Positions 29,327 through 39,133 of a stretch of DNA of 64,000 bases are shown here, piece after piece. The stretch comes from an uncultured delta proteobacterium. GTDB taxonomy: Bacteria; Desulfobacterota; BSN033; UBA1163. Below the pieces are notes generated by a model that searched no databases, was not told the origin of the DNA, and saw only the letters and a program-made list of their open reading frames with translations. Position 1 is the first letter of the stretch; each line of letters begins with the position of its first letter. The stretch spans positions 256,001 to 320,000 of the forward strand of contig CAWHBU010000002.1 of NCBI GenBank assembly GCA_963827685.1, read 5' to 3'. A program made the position numbers and the translations under genes.

Positions 29327-30883
29327 ATGCCTGAACAAAAACCTTTTAACATTCATGACTATTTAGAGATGGGTCTACGCCGAAAGTGGTACATCGTTAT
29401 TCCATTAGTTCTATGTGTTCTGGTTTCCTTCGGTGTTTATAAACACCTCCCCAAGGTCTATAAAGCGACAACCCTGATTCTCGTTCAGCCACAAAGGGTT
29501 CCGGAAAGTTATGTCCGGGCGACCATCACGGATTCTGTGGCAGGCCGATTAAGTACGATTGGTCAGGAAATTTTGAGCCGCACGCGATTGGAAAAAGTTA
29601 TTCAGGAATTTAACCTCTATTCAGAGGTTCGAAATGACGTTCCCATGGAAGGGATCGTCGAAATGATGAGACATGCAGTTGAAGTAAAGGTTCAAGTCAG
29701 TCCTCAAAATGAACGGACACAAAACTCTTTTTCCATCTCTTTCGAGGGCAAAGATCCCAAGACAGTGATGATGGTGACAAACAAGCTGGCGTCTCTATTT
29801 ATTGAGGAAAATTTGAGAGTCCGTGAATCGCAGGCAGAAGGGACTGCTGAATTCCTTAGTAAGGAACTGATGGAAATGGAAGACCGATTAAAGCAAAAAG
29901 AGTACGCTATGCGGAATTTTAAAGAGCGGTCAATGGGTCAACTCCCCCAGCAGCTTGATGCGAATTTGAGAATCCTCGAACGGCTGCAGCAACAACTCCA
30001 GACGACCAGTGAAAACATGAGAGCTGCAGAAGACAGGAGCATGCTGCTCCAAAATCAAATTGAACAGTTGAGGACACGGGGACAATTCTCAATGTCGCAA
30101 AGGCCTCATGGAGATACAGGTACAGGGACGGAAGGCATAGGCAGGCAAGGCATTCCCGAAGATCCATTAATCAACGAATTGAATAATCTAAAACGAGAGT
30201 TAGCAAGCGCACAATCTAAATATAAGGAATCCCATCCAGATGTGATCGATCTCAAGAAAAAAATAGCAAACCTTGAGCTCAAGGTGAAGAAATTATTCGA
30301 AAGACAAGAGGCTGAGAGAACGGGGACAGAAAGGAATGGTCAGGAAGGGGTTGGTGAGGAGAGTCTATCTTCATTCACTTTGGACCCCAATACGGCAAGA
30401 CTCGTTGCTCAATATAGAGAACAATATGACAGTGCAGTGCTCGAAGCGAAGCGCGCAAAGGAAGAGGCAAAGAATTTAAAAGAGCAAATCAGCATCTATC
30501 AAAAAAGAATCGAAGATACGCCAAGGCGGGAGCAAGAGATAGCACTTTTGACAAGAGATTACGACCTCTTAAAGACCAATTATCAATCTCTTATGGGAAA
30601 AAAGATGGAGGCCCAGATGGCGGAGAATCTCGAACGGAAACAGCAAGGTGAACAATTTAAGATTTTAGACCCGGCCCGCGTTCCTGTAAAACCGGTCAAG
30701 CCCGATCGCAATAAAATTTTACTGATGGGAGGTGGCATCGGACTTGTGGCAGGATTGGGGTTGGCCTGGTTTCGAGAATCAATGGATCAATCTTTCCATG
30801 CCGTCTCGGACCTGGAAGACTATTTGGGAATACCCGTTATAGCCACCATCCCAAATCTCAAAGAAGAGAGGAAAGCAGCTTAA
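29327..30883 (+). CDS. Polysaccharide chain-length determinant (GumC/Wzc N-part)
   Basis: TM-coiled coil-TM layout, LSRTRLE, Y.ESHPDV and FKILDPA.VP.KPVKP motifs. Confidence 0.88.
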   Translation: MPEQKPFNIHDYLEMGLRRKWYIVIPLVLCVLVSFGVYKHLPKVYKATTLILVQPQRVPESYVRATITDSVAGRLSTIGQEILSRTRLEKVIQEFNLYSEVRNDVPMEGIVEMMRHAVEVKVQVSPQNERTQNSFSISFEGKDPKTVMMVTNKLASLFIEENLRVRESQAEGTAEFLSKELMEMEDRLKQKEYAMRNFKERSMGQLPQQLDANLRILERLQQQLQTTSENMRAAEDRSMLLQNQIEQLRTRGQFSMSQRPHGDTGTGTEGIGRQGIPEDPLINELNNLKRELASAQSKYKESHPDVIDLKKKIANLELKVKKLFERQEAERTGTERNGQEGVGEESLSSFTLDPNTARLVAQYREQYDSAVLEAKRAKEEAKNLKEQISIYQKRIEDTPRREQEIALLTRDYDLLKTNYQSLMGKKMEAQMAENLERKQQGEQFKILDPARVPVKPVKPDRNKILLMGGGIGLVAGLGLAWFRESMDQSFHAVSDLEDYLGIPVIATIPNLKEERKAA

Positions 30884-30931
30884 CTTAATAAAGCGTAAGG
30901 GGGAAGGCGTAAAGCGCAAGGGGTAAGGAGT

Positions 30932-31323
30932 TTGGAGAAACCGCGTAAGAAGTTGGATGTTTGGCAAGCAGCAATGAAAGCAGCAACAATGATATATAAA
31001 TTAACAGATAGATTTCAGGAAGAGGAAAAGTTCGGACTTGTCTCACAAATGAGGCGTGCATCAATCAGCATTCCTTGTAACATCGCTGAAGGCGCGGCAA
31101 GACAAGGGAAAAGAGAGTTCAAGAATTTTCTTAGCATGGCCCAGGGGTCTCTAAGCGAATTAGATACTCAACTAGAACTCGCTATCCTGCTCGGGTATAT
31201 AAGCACTGGAGATCTCCGAGAAATAGGGATCAATTATTAAGGATTGACAAAATGCTTTCAGGGTTAATTCGTAGTCTTACAAATAGGACTATAAACAACA
31301 AGGAGAAACGCTCTCGCGCCTAA
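30932..31323 (+). pseudogene. Four-helix-bundle (23S-IVP/TIGR02436-like) protein, frameshifted near 31228
   Basis: LDVWQ..EEKFGLVSQMRRASISIPCNIAEGAAR..F..FLSMAQGSLSELDTQL; the typical C-terminal helix DQLLRIDKMLSGLIRSL continues in another frame to TAA 31323. Confidence 0.85.
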
Positions 31324-31455
31324 CGCCTTGCGACCGGGCGCTACGCAGGGTCTTGGTACCTGATTTAGCACCTTTCGCCTTGCGCTTTACGGTTTTTTTA
31401 GAAATGTTTAAATGACGCTCTCGCGCCTTGCGACTAACGACTGACGGTCTTTGTT

Positions 31456-32406
31456 ATGTACGAACAATTTTACGGCCTCAGAGAAAACCCTTTCAGTGTG
31501 ACACCAAACCCCGAGTATATCTTTTTGGGGAAGCACCATCGAGAAGCCCTGGCTCAATTACTCTACGGGGTGAGGGAGAAGAAGGGATTCATTGTTATCA
31601 CCGGCGAGGTGGGCACTGGGAAAACAACCCTGGTCCGCTATCTTCTTGATAAATTGGATGATAATGGTCATACAAAAACGGCCTTCGTATTTAACCCGAA
31701 ACTGGCTGTAAACGATTTCATCCAATACATATTGAAAGATCTTGGGGTAAGAGTTCAGGGACAAACGAAGGGTGAGCATCTTCATAACCTGCATCGGTAT
31801 TTACTCAACGCTTATCAGAAGGATGAAAGAGTGATCTTAATAATAGATGAAGCCCAGGGGTTAAAACCAGAGCTGCTTGAAGAGATCAGGCTCCTTTCAA
31901 ACCTTGAGACCTCAAGATCGAAATTGCTTCAAATTGTGTTAGTCGGGCAACCGGAATTTGATAAAACACTCTCGCTGCCGGGATTTCGCCAATTGAGACA
32001 GCGTATCAACTTACGATACTATTTGCCACCGCTTACTGTCAAAGAGACAGAAGAGTATATCGGGAAGAGATTAAAAATTGCAGGCGCCAAGGAACCTATT
32101 TTTACGGGGAAAGCAATTAAAGAAATTTATCTGAAATCGGGGGGGATACCACGATTAATCAACATTCTCTGTGACAACGCATTATTAAATGGATACGCTC
32201 TGGACCAAAAGCTGGTTGATAAAGGGTCAGTAAAAGAGGTCGCTAAGGATCTAAATCTTAAGAAGGGGTCTCGTAGAATTTTGATTTTGTTTTTTATCTA
32301 CATTTCTATTGGCGTAGGCATTCTATTATTCGTTTATTTGGGAAGGGGCGGGTATCTGTCGTCCCTTTATAAGGAAATTCTCCGAGGCTTCCAACATATT
32401 TTTTAA
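31456..32406 (+). CDS. ExeA/GspA-like AAA ATPase (XrtA-system associated)
   Basis: MYEQFYGLRENPF, GEVGTGKT, IIDEAQ, LVGQPE and GIPRLIN.LCD motifs. Confidence 0.9.
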   Translation: MYEQFYGLRENPFSVTPNPEYIFLGKHHREALAQLLYGVREKKGFIVITGEVGTGKTTLVRYLLDKLDDNGHTKTAFVFNPKLAVNDFIQYILKDLGVRVQGQTKGEHLHNLHRYLLNAYQKDERVILIIDEAQGLKPELLEEIRLLSNLETSRSKLLQIVLVGQPEFDKTLSLPGFRQLRQRINLRYYLPPLTVKETEEYIGKRLKIAGAKEPIFTGKAIKEIYLKSGGIPRLINILCDNALLNGYALDQKLVDKGSVKEVAKDLNLKKGSRRILILFFIYISIGVGILLFVYLGRGGYLSSLYKEILRGFQHIF

Positions 32407-32551
32407 AGAGATATTGAATGAAGGAGTTTCAAGATTTTTCCAGTTTCTTTGAATGAGAACGCTATGCTCTACGAATTATTTCTAACGGAAGCGCTGCGGC
32501 GCCGCAGTACGGTGGCACTTTCTATTCCCTATACGCTCTGCGAGGTTTTGA

Positions 32552-33409
32552 ATGAGTCGAGTTTATAAAGCCCTTGAAAAGGCGGAAGAAGAAAAAAGGC
32601 GAAAGGTAAAAGAAGAGCCCTCTCTGAAAGTATTTGAAGAGAAGGCTGTTTTGAGGAAAGAAGCGCCGACTTTGAAATTTCCTGATGAAAAAATAGCGAA
32701 GATTGAGAAGTCAGAAGAGCTGGGACTTCCTTCAAGAGAAGAAGTTCCTCTTCTGGTTGTCCCGCCCAATTCTATTGCAGAAGAAGAATTTCGAAAACTG
32801 AAGACTCAAGTTTTTCTTCGTTTGCCTAACCCTCCTCATTCAATTCTTATTACCAGTACGGCACCTGGGGAAGGAAAGACAACCGTGTCTGTCAATTTAG
32901 CGATGGCTATTTCAAAGGAAATTCATAGAAAGGCTATACTCATCGACGGAGACCTCCGGAAACCAAGTATCCGTCTTGAACAAAGTCGGAACAGAAAGGG
33001 TCTATCGGATTACCTTTCAAACAGGACTCCTTTGACAGAAATCCTGATGAATTCTCAAATGGAAAACCTCCGGATCATTATGGCAGGGCCTTCTACCAAT
33101 AAATCCTCAGAGCTGATCGGATCGAAAAGAATGGAAGAACTTCTGAAGTCCCTCAGTGAGTCCGGGGACAGTACTTATATCCTGATCGATTCCCCACCCA
33201 TTATTGCTACCACCGAGCCCACTGTGCTCTCGAAAATGGTAGATGGGATTATTCTGGTGGTGAGGGCAGACCGGATCCCAAGAGAGTCAATTCGAAGAGC
33301 AGTGAAGTCCATCGATCGTCAGAAGATCATTGGGGTGGTTTTTAACCAAATCGACATGAAGCCGTCCAGTTACTATGCAAAATATTATTACAAATATTAC
33401 CAAAGGTAA
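32552..33409 (+). CDS. Bacterial tyrosine autokinase (CpsD/CapB)
   Basis: ITS..PGEGKTT, IDGDLRKP, IDSPP and C-terminal Tyr cluster YYAKYYYKYY. Confidence 0.92.
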   Translation: MSRVYKALEKAEEEKRRKVKEEPSLKVFEEKAVLRKEAPTLKFPDEKIAKIEKSEELGLPSREEVPLLVVPPNSIAEEEFRKLKTQVFLRLPNPPHSILITSTAPGEGKTTVSVNLAMAISKEIHRKAILIDGDLRKPSIRLEQSRNRKGLSDYLSNRTPLTEILMNSQMENLRIIMAGPSTNKSSELIGSKRMEELLKSLSESGDSTYILIDSPPIIATTEPTVLSKMVDGIILVVRADRIPRESIRRAVKSIDRQKIIGVVFNQIDMKPSSYYAKYYYKYYQR

Positions 33410-33457
33410 ATTTCGCTATGCGCTGTGTCCCATGCGCTTTGCAGTTAGGTGTGAGTT

Positions 33458-34844
33458 ATGCTTAGCATGAACGGGTATAGGTCCTCAGCGGGTTTGTTAT
33501 TCGGATTGATCGATGGCTTCCTTATTCTGACGGGGGTATTCGCGGGAGCTCATCTGAAATTCTGGGGAGATGGTAGCTCTATTTTTCTTTTTGATCATCT
33601 CGTCCTTAAATTAATGCTTGTCGTTTTTACGATTCAAATCGCATACTACTATTTTGACCTTTATGATTTTAAAATTTTTCGCAAGGCGACAAAAGTGGGC
33701 ATCCTGCTCTTAGAATCCCTTGGAGCCTCAGCCATTTTCTTAGCAGTCATCTACTACTTCCTTCCCTTTCTTATGATAGGCAGGGGAATACTTGCGATCA
33801 GCTTATTTCTGATTTTGCTGTCTACCTTTTTATGGCGCTTCCTTTATGCATGGATGTCCAAGGCATTGCTAAATAAAGAAAGAATTTTAATTATCGGTAC
33901 AGGCGAGTTGGCAAGAAAGATTAAGAGTGAAATCCTTGATAACGGTTACGATGGTTTTGAAATTGTGGGGTTTATCGATGAGAACAGAGACAATATTGGA
34001 AACAGGGTCTAACCCAGTGATTGTAGGTGACTACACACAGATTTGCTCCATTGCCAGAGCAGGTGGCGTTGACAGAATCATTGTGGCATTGGACGAGAGA
34101 CGGGGAAAATTTCCGCTCGAACAGTTGCTCTCTTGTCGGTTGAACGGTATCCGTGTGGAAGATGGGATGGCTTTCACCGAACAACTTGCTGGAAAGCTCT
34201 CGGTGGAGAATCTCCATCCCAGTGTTCTTATTTTTTCAGATGGGTTTAAGAGATCGGCGATTTTTAAACAAATGAAAAGAGTTTTTGATATCTTGGCATC
34301 AGCAGTCGGTCTCACCTTATTTTTCCCCTTCGGCTTGATAATCGCCTTAGCCATCAGGCTCGATTCGAAGGGCCCGATTCTTTACCGGCAAGAAAGGGTA
34401 GGGAAGGATGGAAGGATATTCCGCCTTTTGAAATTCCGGTCGATGTGTATGGATGCGGAAGAAAGCGGTCCGGTGTGGGCAAGGGTGAATGACCCGCGAA
34501 TTACCCGGGTAGGTCGAATGATCAGAAAGTTGAGGTTAGACGAAATCCCGCAGATGATCAATGTCTTAAAAGGGGAAATGAGTTTTGTAGGCCCGCGGCC
34601 CGAAAGGCCCTTCTTTACGGAGCAATTAAAGATCGAAATTCCTTATTTTTCTCAAAGGCATGTCACTAAACCGGGGATCACGGGTTGGGCGCAGATTTGT
34701 TACCGATACGGATCATCAAAAGAGGATGCCTTAGAGAAGCTGAAATACGATCTCTATTATATTAAGCACATGTCCTTGTTTTTTGACCTGGTGATCATTT
34801 TTGAGACGGCCAAAATCGTACTTTTAGGGAAGGGATCAAGATGA
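33458..34844 (+). pseudogene. Priming sugar transferase (PEP-CTERM TIGR03013-like), frameshifted at ~34010
   Basis: N-terminal TM + ILIIGTG half stops at 34012; the C-terminal half (KFRSM, DPRITRVG, LDEIPQ, GEMSFVGPRPER, PGITGWAQ) is in another frame. Confidence 0.85.
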
Positions 34845-34909
34845 TAAACCCCGCATGCCTTATGCGCCTTTGCTATGCGGTGGGTTGGATAAAAATGGAG
34901 GTTTTCCAA

Positions 34910-35197
34910 ATGTCAATGGAAAATGAGATTAGAAAGTTTATCGGGGAAAGTTTCATATTGGAGGAGAATGATCACCTCGGCGATGAAGACTCTTTGTTAG
35001 AAAAGGGAATTATTGACTCAACGGGAGTCCTCGAACTGGTGGCCTTTCTCGAAGAGAGCTATCACTTCAAGATTAAGGACGAGGAACTGGTCCCCGAGAA
35101 TTTGGATTCAATTAAAAATATCTCTAATTTTGTCAAAGGGAAGATTAGAGATTTAACTGCAGAACCCCAGCATTGTAGTACTGCAGCAGTGAATTAA
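34910..35197 (+). CDS. Acyl carrier protein
   Basis: GIIDSTGVLELV phosphopantetheine motif, PENLDSI; GGAGG RBS. Confidence 0.88.
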   Translation: MSMENEIRKFIGESFILEENDHLGDEDSLLEKGIIDSTGVLELVAFLEESYHFKIKDEELVPENLDSIKNISNFVKGKIRDLTAEPQHCSTAAVN

Positions 35198-35259
35198 GCA
35201 GCTTATAACACCTTGTTCCTGACTCCTTCCGTTTTACGGTCTTAAGGAATATAGAGAAA

Positions 35260-36237
35260 ATGAGAGCTTTTAACCAAAAAATATTAGAAATCGATTGTGA
35301 TACCGAATCAAAAAAAATCTGCGAATTCATGAAGAGGACAGTTTTGAAGGATTTCCGGAAGAAGGGTGTGGTAGTGGGGTTAAGTGGTGGAATTGATTCT
35401 GCTCTCACGGCGGCCTTGTCCGTGAAGACTTTTGGAAAGGAGAGGGTGCTTGGAGTGATTCTTCCAGAGAAGGAATCGAGTTCAGAGAGTGAAATTCTGG
35501 CGCGGCAACTGGCAAATTGGCTCGGAATAAAAACAGAAACGGTTCCTATTACTCCAATCCTTCAAAGCTTGGGCGTTTATCAGAGGAGAGAAGCAATCGT
35601 AAGAAAATATTTCCCTGAGTTTGTAGAGGGCTGGAAATACAAGCTTGCGATTTCGAAGGATACCCTTGAAAAAGAAGGGCTCAATTTCTTCTATCTTGTT
35701 GCCATAGATGAGGATGGAGCAGCTCATAAGGGGCGTCTTTCTCTGAACGATTATCTGGAAATGGTTGCGGCTACCGAAATGAAACAACGGACTCGAATAA
35801 TTTAACTCTATTTTTATGCAGAAAAGAGTAATTGCATTGTTGCAGGTACTACGAATTGATCGGAGCTTGTCCGGGGTTTCTTCGTTAAGTATGGCGATGG
35901 AGGGATGGATATGGAGCCAATTGTCCATCTTTATAAGATGCAGGTGTTTCAGCTTTCCGAATTTCTTGGTGTTTCCCAGGAAATTATTAGAAGGATACCG
36001 AGCCCCGACACCAAGACCGCCGGAGTCAGTGATGAGGAGTTCTACTTCAGGATTCCATTCGATCTCTTGGATTTATTGCTCTATGCACATGAGAAACAAG
36101 TTCCATTGGAGGACGTTTCAAATGTTTTAAATATGCCCTCCAAGAAGATTTTAAGGTTCTATAAAGATTTTGATGGTAAGAGCAAAGCAACCTGGCATTT
36201 ACGAACCATGCCACCTAACCTGATTGATCATAAATGA
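35260..36237 (+). pseudogene. NH3-dependent NAD synthetase-like enzyme with two in-frame stops
   Basis: GLSGGIDS, KQRTR, GTTN, GFFVKYGDGG and PSPDT all in one frame; TAA at 35803-35805 and TGA at 35857-35859. Confidence 0.85.
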
Positions 36238-36284
36238 GTTAAACGCTATGCGCTTTGCTCTATGGTATAGATAGGAGTTAGATA

Positions 36285-37277
36285 ATGCGTATTTGTTTAC
36301 GTTGTGTATTGCCCGAAACATTTCCAACGGTCGAATTTGATCACCAAGGCGTCTGTAATTACTGCAGGTCTTTCAAAGGGGAGGAGCACCAAAACGAACT
36401 TAAAAAAGAATATAGAGAAAGATTCCTAAACCTGGTGAAGGATTGCAAGGGCAGCGGTGATTACGATGTTCTGATGGCTTATAGCGGGGGCAAAGACAGT
36501 ACATATACATTAGACATTTTTAAAAACCATTTTAGCCTTCGTGTCCTTGCCCTTACCTTTGATCATGGTTTTGTTTCCCCTTATGCGATGAAGAATATGA
36601 GAGCAGTCGCTGAGCGATTGGAGATCGACCATATCATTTTCAAACCTGATTTTCAAGTCATGAGCAAGGTGTTCAACATCTCGATCAAAGGGAATCTCTA
36701 TTCGAAAAAGACCTTGGAAAGGGCAAGCACCATCTGCACTTCGTGTATGAGTTTTGTAAAATTCGTTACACTGAAGCTATCTCTTGAAAAAGAAATACCT
36801 TTCGTCGGTTACGGTTGGTCACCAGGGCAGGCTCCAGTCCAGTCATCCGTGATGAAGACCAGTGCTGCTTTTGTGCAGGCAACTCAGAAGGTTATCTACG
36901 AACCTCTCCATAGAACAATTGGCGATAAGATCAATCCTTATTTTTTGGAGGAAAAGCATTTTAAGCTTTCTGATAAATTTCCATATAACATTCACCCTCT
37001 TGCCTTTCTCGAATACAACGAAGAAACAATTTACAAACGAATTAAAGAGCTGGGGTGGGAGCCACCCAAGGATACGGATCCAAATTCTACAAATTGTCTG
37101 ATGAATGCCTTCGCCAATCAGATTCATCAAGGCCAATTCGGGTTTCATCCCTATGCGTTTGAAATGGCGGGTCTCGTCCGCATGGGTGTTCTATCGCGGG
37201 AAGAAGGTCTCAAGAGATTAAACGAACCCGCCGATGAAAAAATCCTTGAAGAAGTTAGGCTAAAGCTTGGCATTTAA
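36285..37277 (+). CDS. N-acetyl-sugar amidotransferase-like PP-loop protein
   Basis: CxxC...CxxC N-terminus and YSGGKDS PP-loop. Confidence 0.75.
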   Translation: MRICLRCVLPETFPTVEFDHQGVCNYCRSFKGEEHQNELKKEYRERFLNLVKDCKGSGDYDVLMAYSGGKDSTYTLDIFKNHFSLRVLALTFDHGFVSPYAMKNMRAVAERLEIDHIIFKPDFQVMSKVFNISIKGNLYSKKTLERASTICTSCMSFVKFVTLKLSLEKEIPFVGYGWSPGQAPVQSSVMKTSAAFVQATQKVIYEPLHRTIGDKINPYFLEEKHFKLSDKFPYNIHPLAFLEYNEETIYKRIKELGWEPPKDTDPNSTNCLMNAFANQIHQGQFGFHPYAFEMAGLVRMGVLSREEGLKRLNEPADEKILEEVRLKLGI

Positions 37278-37406
37278 AATACGGCAAGGGGGAAGGCTTA
37301 ACAGCTCTAACGACTAACGCCATTGCGACTTGCGCCTTACGACCGGCGGTCTTTACAGTAAATAACGCTTTGCGCTATGCACTCTGCACTATGCGAGGTT
37401 TTGTAA

Positions 37407-37904
37407 ATGGAAAACTGGTATGTGATTCAAACAAAACCGAAAAAAGAAGAAGAGGCGACATCTTATCTCTCTACAAAAGGAGTGGAAATCTTCAGCCCTC
37501 TTATTGAAACGTTTACATTAAGAAATGGCAGGATGAATAAAGAGTTAAAGCCGCTATTCCCAGGGTACGTATTTGGAAAGTTTGATCTCGACCAGAATTA
37601 TCCTCTGGTTAGGTGGGCGAGGGGAGTTAAAAAAATACTGGGCTTCGGAGAATATCCCACCTCAATTTCTGAAGAAGTGGTGGAGATCATTAAGGAAAGA
37701 ACAGATACTCAGGGGATTGTGAGAGTTAAGCATCATTTTGAACCCAATGACGTAGTGAGAATCAAAACAGGACCCTTGAGAGATCTCTTAGGAATCTTTG
37801 AAAGATGGGTTTCTGATAACGAGCGGGCCAGGATTCTTTTGAATTTGATCGGATATCAACCGGCTGTGGAGATTCATTATTCGATGATAGAGAAAGTAGC
37901 ATAA
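37407..37904 (+). CDS. Specialised NusG paralogue (RfaH/UpxY-like antiterminator)
   Basis: WYVIQTKPKKE, PLFPGYVF, RGVKKILGFG and KOW (DVVRIKTGPL) motifs; inside an EPS locus. Confidence 0.88.
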   Translation: MENWYVIQTKPKKEEEATSYLSTKGVEIFSPLIETFTLRNGRMNKELKPLFPGYVFGKFDLDQNYPLVRWARGVKKILGFGEYPTSISEEVVEIIKERTDTQGIVRVKHHFEPNDVVRIKTGPLRDLLGIFERWVSDNERARILLNLIGYQPAVEIHYSMIEKVA

Positions 37905-37909
37905 AAAGC

Positions 37910-38207
37910 TTGAGTTTATTGCGTTTCTTGAGTCTATTGAGTTTATTGTGTTCTTTGAGTTGAAACCCAATTAACACAATGAACCCAAGCAACTCGATAA
38001 ACACTAAAGAATAACCTTAACCCACACTTATCGTGGATCTTACACTACAATATTTTGATCTTTTTCGTAGAATTGAATGAAATTCGAACCGGCGGTAGCT
38101 TGCATTGGGTTTGTTGAGTCCATAGAGTTATTGGGTTTCTTGTGTTCCGTAGATTGAGTGATCCAACAAACTCAATAAACACAATGGACCTACCGAACCC
38201 AAGGGAC
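37910..38207. repeat. Two long imperfect hairpins built from 9-bp-period arrays
   Basis: TTGAGTTTA-type x6 (37910-37963) then AACCCAATN x5 (37964-38007); again at 38105-38148 versus 38160-38207. Confidence 0.85.
38091..38102 (+). promoter_or_regulatory. ops (operon polarity suppressor)-consensus element
   Basis: GGCGGTAGCTTG matches GGCGGTAGnnTG, ~190 bp downstream of the RfaH-like gene. Confidence 0.65.
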
Positions 38208-38209
38208 AA

Positions 38210-38668
38210 ATGAAGATAGCTCGTTTTGAAGATATAGAGGCATGGCAAGAAGCAAGAAAACTTGTGACAATGGTTTACGATGCCATAAAGAAGAACCCCC
38301 AGTTTCGGAGGGATTTCCGCTTGGTAGGTCAGGTGCAGGACGCTGCAGTATCCTGCATGTCAAATATTGCGGAAGGTTTTGCGAGAAGGAGTAACAGGGA
38401 GTTTATCCAATTCCTTTTTATATCCAAGAGTTCGGCAGCAGAAGTTCAAAGTCAATTCTACGTAGCCTTAGATCAGGGGTACGTTATCAAAGATGATTTT
38501 GGGAGGATTTATGACCAGGCTGAGATAGTATCTAAACTGGATTCGGGTTTTATAAAGTATCTGAATTCGACGTTTGAGAATCGTCCTAAACGCAATCAAC
38601 TCAACAAACCCAATAAACCCAACGAACCCAATAAACCCAACGAACCCAATGAACCCAATAACTCATAG
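38210..38668 (+). CDS. Four-helix-bundle (23S-IVP/TIGR02436-like) protein with repeat-encoded tail
   Basis: FEDIEAWQEAR..DFRLVGQVQDAAVSCMSNIAEGFAR..EFIQFLFISKSSAAEVQSQFYVALDQGY; C-terminal (N-K/E-P)n from the 9-bp array. Confidence 0.9.
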   Translation: MKIARFEDIEAWQEARKLVTMVYDAIKKNPQFRRDFRLVGQVQDAAVSCMSNIAEGFARRSNREFIQFLFISKSSAAEVQSQFYVALDQGYVIKDDFGRIYDQAEIVSKLDSGFIKYLNSTFENRPKRNQLNKPNKPNEPNKPNEPNEPNNS

Positions 38669-38694
38669 ACTTTTAAGAGATAGCGGAGGTACCC

Positions 38695-38880
38695 ATGATT
38701 ATCAAAGCTTGTTTAAAATGTAAATTTCATGAGATTAAACAGGACGGAAAAGAAGAGGCGAGTCACTGTAGGAGGGAAAACTGTTGGTCTCGGTACTCCA
38801 AGTGTGTCCTTGCAAAGGCCCTCGAAAAGTTTTTGAAAGAAGAATCCTCTCGACATGAACAATCCCTCTCCGCCTTTTAA
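38695..38880 (+). CDS. Small Cys-rich protein
   Basis: GGAGG RBS; CxxCxxH...CxxxxC......C pattern. Confidence 0.65.
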   Translation: MIIKACLKCKFHEIKQDGKEEASHCRRENCWSRYSKCVLAKALEKFLKEESSRHEQSLSAF

Positions 38881-39133
38881 TTTGTTTTGCTTATTTATTA
38901 GCGCGCTGCGTCATGCCTGCCATCCGCAAGGCTTTTGGAAGCGGGTACTTGGCTCTATGTATCGTATCAGCAAGACCGCAACACAACAGTACTTAACAAC
39001 TTATTGTCTATTATCTCAATAACTCACTCGCTTAATAACTTGATAACCCAACAAACTCCATAAACCCATTGAACTCAAATAACCTTGTTACCGCAGCACC
39101 CAATAACCCAATAACCCATTTACTTACTAACTA

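Noticed and set aside
30932-31323. 23S rRNA intervening sequence
   Set aside because: No rRNA sequence flanks any four-helix-bundle gene here.
35857-35859. Selenocysteine TGA in the NadE-like gene
   Set aside because: The position is normally R/K rather than Cys, and an upstream in-frame TAA already interrupts the gene.
37910-38668. CRISPR array
   Set aside because: Units are 9 bp, contiguous and degenerate, with no unique spacers and no cas genes.
30932-38668. Diversity-generating retroelement (Avd-like proteins present)
   Set aside because: No reverse transcriptase and no ~100-bp TR/VR pair with adenine-specific mismatches were seen in the window.
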